A stretch of 33,750 bases of DNA. It comes from Alloascoidea hylecoeti (Eukaryota). Shown piece after piece: positions 30,041 through 33,750 of this stretch (position 1 is the stretch's first letter; each line of letters starts with the position of its first letter). The notes under the pieces are model-generated. The model was not told the origin of the DNA and searched no databases. It saw nothing but the letters and a program-made list of their open reading frames with translations. Position numbers and translations under genes: made by a program. The stretch spans positions 599,622-633,371 of the forward strand of contig BCKZ01000011.1 of the NCBI GenBank assembly GCA_001600815.1, in the 5' to 3' direction.

Positions 30041-31795
30041 TTAATTCGCATTCGCAGCTTCGCCCATCATTTTAATGACTCTTTCCACATTTTCTCCTTT
30101 CATAGCACAACAGGGGACAATTTTCCAACCTTTTCCTTCAACATATTCTTTAACATTTTGATATTTACTCAGAGAATCTTCAACATCTGCTTTAGTTGCG
30201 ACAACTAAAATATTTTTATTCTTCATTCTCTTTTCTCCCATTTCGTTTACCAAAATTTCTAAGTCTTCAATTGGATTTTTCGTATCTAAAGCGAGAACAA
30301 AAACAAGCCCACCTGATCGCTCAACATGTCTTAGGAAATCAAGACCCATTCCTTTATCTTCATTTGCACCTTTTATAATACCAGGAATATCTGCAACAGT
30401 AAAAGGTTTTTTGTCAATACCCCAATCAATAGTACCAATTGTAGGTTGTAACGTTGTAAATTCCCAATGTCCAACTTTTGGTCTTGCCTTAGAAATTGCA
30501 CCAAGTAAAGTTGATTTCCCAGCATTCGGTAATCCAACAAGACCTAAGTCTGCTAATAGTTTTAATTCAAATACAAAATGTGTTTCAATACCAGATCTAC
30601 CCATTTTTGCAAAACGAGGATTTCTAATGTTTTTTGTTAGAAAGTGCATATTGCCCATGCCACCTTTCCCACCTTTTATTAATAATAAAGGTTTTTTATT
30701 TACTTTTGTAAAATCAATTCCTTTAACAGGGAAAATATCTTCTGACTTTTCCATTGATACTAAATTCTCATCATAATGCTGGACCTTTTTTTTCAACTCA
30801 GTAAAAAATTCTCTATCTTCATGATATTCTTCAGTACGGTCTTTAAATATCCAACCATCACCAGCTTCATAACTATTTCTATCAAGTCTCAAATATTTTG
30901 CAGATGAATCACCGTGGTAATCGCCAACAACTTCAAGTTCAACATACTCTTTATGATTATTTACAATTTCCTGCAGGTTATCGACAGTTTCCTTAAATTC
31001 GTTATACTCAGTTTTGGAAGTTCCATTAATTTCAAGTTCTTTTAATTGATTTTTTAAAGCTTCTAATTCATCTTTCTGCTTTTGAGCCCTTCTTACTACT
31101 CTAGGGTCAGGAACCCATCGAATCGTTGTACCCAATGGGACCTGTATTAATACATCCTGACCTGTAGCACCATCCAATTGTCTTCCCAATCCTTTATTAC
31201 CGTCACCCGAGATATATGATTGTCGTAAATAATGAAGACTATTTAAGCCACTTATAGCTTGAACGTAAATATTACCGCCATTACCACCATCTCCACCATC
31301 AGGTGGACCCTGTGATCGACCAGCATCTCTGAAAAAGCTAACAGCTCCATTACCTCCATTACCACTTTTTACCCTAATAACTCTAAGATCTGAGAATTTT
31401 TGCTCTGAAGAAGGACGTGAATTAAATGGTAATTGAGAATAACTTGATGTATATATCTTAAAATCGGTCATTGGAAATTTCGCTTTAAAGCCACCATAAT
31501 AATCTTTAAATTCAGCTGTTTGGGGAATATCTAGTTTATTAATAATTTCATCTGTAAACCGAGACGACGAAGGAGGAGATTGATGTTCTGCCATATAACC
31601 AGTGGAATCTGCAGTAATATTATCTAGCCATTCATCATTTTCTGTTGCTAATGGTGATGAATCTGGTGGTTCAAAGGGATCAAACTGCTTACGATTAATG
31701 AAGGTGGTGGATAAATATCGTTGGTTACAGATCTTGTATGAACATGATGGAAGTAAAAAAGCTTTCCTTAAGAAAATACTTTTATTTCTGAGCAT
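30041..31795 (-). CDS. MTG2: Mitochondrial Obg-family GTPase
   Basis: Presequence, SGNGGNGAVSFFR..GPPDGGDGGNGG, ELKLLADLGLVGLPNAGKSTLL, WEFTTLQP, ADIPG, DFLRHVERS and TKAD. Confidence 0.95.
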   Translation of the reverse strand: MLRNKSIFLRKAFLLPSCSYKICNQRYLSTTFINRKQFDPFEPPDSSPLATENDEWLDNITADSTGYMAEHQSPPSSSRFTDEIINKLDIPQTAEFKDYYGGFKAKFPMTDFKIYTSSYSQLPFNSRPSSEQKFSDLRVIRVKSGNGGNGAVSFFRDAGRSQGPPDGGDGGNGGNIYVQAISGLNSLHYLRQSYISGDGNKGLGRQLDGATGQDVLIQVPLGTTIRWVPDPRVVRRAQKQKDELEALKNQLKELEINGTSKTEYNEFKETVDNLQEIVNNHKEYVELEVVGDYHGDSSAKYLRLDRNSYEAGDGWIFKDRTEEYHEDREFFTELKKKVQHYDENLVSMEKSEDIFPVKGIDFTKVNKKPLLLIKGGKGGMGNMHFLTKNIRNPRFAKMGRSGIETHFVFELKLLADLGLVGLPNAGKSTLLGAISKARPKVGHWEFTTLQPTIGTIDWGIDKKPFTVADIPGIIKGANEDKGMGLDFLRHVERSGGLVFVLALDTKNPIEDLEILVNEMGEKRMKNKNILVVATKADVEDSLSKYQNVKEYVEGKGWKIVPCCAMKGENVERVIKMMGEAANAN

Positions 31796-32393
31796 TTTAA
31801 CTTAAGCCTTGCCATAATTATATTTTTCAAGTAGTTATTTAAAAATACAGCGACACCCATACTTCCATAGTGTTGACATTTTTAATCATTAATATTGTTT
31901 TATGTGATTCTTTTTCACTATTTTTGAGATACACCATATGCCAGACATACATTGCCTATTCATTTTTAATAATTCTTTGGCTTATTTATTCTACTTGATA
32001 CGCAGTTCTCATTTTTTTTTCTCTTTATAAAATTTCCAAGTAAAACTTTCTAAATATGGTGCATGCGCGTCAATTAAAATGGAAAACTTTTTTCTTGCGA
32101 AATTTTGGTCTCCAAAAAATATGTATGCATCTATACATACTACGCTATGAGGAATTTGTTCAGCGTATACATGCATGCACGTCTAAAAAAGTAATTTTTG
32201 CAGGCTGGTTAATCGACAAAACGCAAAAACAAATTTGAAACGGTAAGATTTAGATTTGCCATTCATCCATCTTTTTTTGTCTTTAATATATAATGGAAGT
32301 GGTTTTAGTGGTGTAGTTACTCTTTCTGAGATGGAATACATATTGTATATAGTCCTTGAACTCATATCAGTTTGGACGAGAAGCAAGAAATCC

Positions 32394-32476
32394 GCCTTGC
32401 TAGCTCAATCGGTAGAGCGTGTGACTCTTACTAGGAAGTTATCACAAGGTTGGGGGTTCGAGCCCCCCGTAGGGCT
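32394..32476 (+). tRNA. tRNA-Lys(CUU) with a 10-nt intron (32431-32440)
   Basis: GCCTTGCTAGCTCAATCGGTAGAGCG-TGTGA-CTCTTA[CTAGGAAGTT]A-TCACA-AGGTT-GGGGG-TTCGAGC-CCCCC-GTAGGGCT. The intron is at the canonical 37/38 position and a T-run follows. Confidence 0.96.
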
Positions 32477-32799
32477 TTCTTTTTGAATATCATTCGATAC
32501 AAACTCGTAAGAAATCTACCAAACTTACGGATTACATATATTCTGTTTCTAAAAGGATAATGAAGGGTGCTATTTGGTCTTCTATAAAAAAGAAAAAATG
32601 TATGGGCCTATAAATTTAGTCGGTAGATCTTATATTTAGTTAGTTAGTACGTTTTTAATTAAGAAATCAAGATCTGTAATAAGACATATAACTTATAGGC
32701 GAGAAATTTTTAGGGTACTTAGAAATAAAGAAAAAGTATTCAATCTACTAATTAATTGTAACTGGCAATATCTTTGGTTCCACCAAAAATATTTCTCGC

Positions 32800-33065
32800 A
32801 TATAAGCTATATTACATATCTTGACACTGAATCTAACAGTAGATCTAAAATCCAGGAATAATGTTTCCCTCGAAAGTGTTCCTCAATGTTAAGCAATCCA
32901 ACCTTTCTCAATTGGTTTCTGGAGTACTTCCTGGTATTTGGAACTAACCTTAAAAGATCCCCTAAAAACTATTGTAAGTGGAATTCAGACTTCTAAGTGT
33001 GAAAAGGCACTAATTAGTAATTACACATAATTGACAAAGAGAGATGTTTGTCGGAAGCTTCCAAG
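32800..33065 (-). mobile_element. Decayed L1-clade non-LTR retrotransposon ORF2 fragment (post-RT region)
   Basis: Manual minus-strand translation with frameshifts gives KLPTNISLCQLCVITN*CLF / IVFRGSFKVSSKYQEVLQKPIEKG / VGLLNIEEHFRGKHYSWILDLL. The order matches the L1 ORF2 blocks LS....L.N, L..PK..GGLGL.N and W...LL. Confidence 0.55.
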
Positions 33066-33432
33066 TGGAGCTAGTGAACTCAATACGCCAAAAAACAGAA
33101 AGTACGCTCGTCGCTCACCCACAAGATTTACAAAATGAAAAGTCGGACATATATTATCAGAATTATTAGATTAAATATATTTTAGTAATACGCTAACTTT
33201 AATTTATATTTGTTGTTGATTTTGGAAGTCGTGGTTATAACAATTTTGGGTGTGCCGTTATAAGATTTATGACAGGACATCTCGAGAAGTGACACGAGAT
33301 AATCTATCAACAAGTGAGGTCAGACAATGATCACACGGGAGGAAGTACTGAGTCTACTCATGGTATGCTTATACCAGTCCATACACCAAATAAAACTTTA
33401 TACAAATGAATCATTCGAGAGTAGTTAGAGTA

Positions 33433-33750
33433 TTAATCTAGCATATCATTCATTAGTGAATCATAATGAAGACTCTCATATAATAAATCGTCGGAGTATA
33501 AATCCCTGAGCTGTGTTATATCCATTAGTTCATCAATTGAAAATGGGCATAATTGATCTTTAAATACATCTTGGGTGTAGTTGAGATTTAAATCCTCATT
33601 TGTGGGATTGAAAGTATCGTTAATAATGTTATCATTTTCAATCAGAGTTTCATCATCAGTGGGTATTGAATTATTAATTATATCATTAGAAGTACCAGTA
33701 CTATTTTCTCCTTCATAATTAAATGGAATTGGAAGATCAGGTATGTTAAT
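33433..33750 (-). CDS. C-terminal 105 aa of an unidentified protein; acidic/hydrophobic tail resembling a transcriptional activation domain (partial)
   Basis: Open frame from the window edge: INIPDLPIPFNYEGENST...PFSIDELMDITQLRDLYSDDLLYESLHYDSLMNDMLD* (TAA at 33433-33435). Absent from the ORF track. Confidence 0.7.
   Translation of the reverse strand: MNIPDLPIPFNYEGENSTGTSNDIINNSIPTDDETLIENDNIINDTFNPTNEDLNLNYTQDVFKDQLCPFSIDELMDITQLRDLYSDDLLYESLHYDSLMNDMLD

Noticed and set aside
32256..32486. 76-aa ORF and neighbouring short ORFs at 32056-32386
   Set aside because: Overlap tRNA-Lys or its flank and have no coding signature.

Overview
AT-rich, gene-dense nuclear DNA from a fungus, most likely an early-diverging budding yeast (Saccharomycotina). 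That placement is inferred from yeast-type orthologues and short 60-92 nt introns with degenerate branch points. Gene order: secreted A1 aspartyl protease (partial, -), tRNA-Thr(UGU), TIF35, WDR44/DGR2-type WD40 protein, OAC1, PTM1-like 7-TM protein, SLC35F transporter, PTK2-like kinase, INH1-like ATPase inhibitor, 4-exon TVP15, SPO71, SAF1, S-formylglutathione hydrolase, a conserved R/S-rich protein, DBP8, MTG2, intron-containing tRNA-Lys(CUU), and the acidic C-terminus of an unidentified gene. The unusual signal is non-genic. A ~710 bp fold-back palindrome (2434-3142) with a duplicated apex lies between a decayed L1-clade LINE fragment (CCHC zinc knuckle) and the tRNA-Thr gene, ending 15 bp before it. 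A second decayed L1 ORF2 fragment lies just downstream of tRNA-Lys, so both tRNA loci appear to carry LINE debris. All calls come from manual reading; no searches were run.
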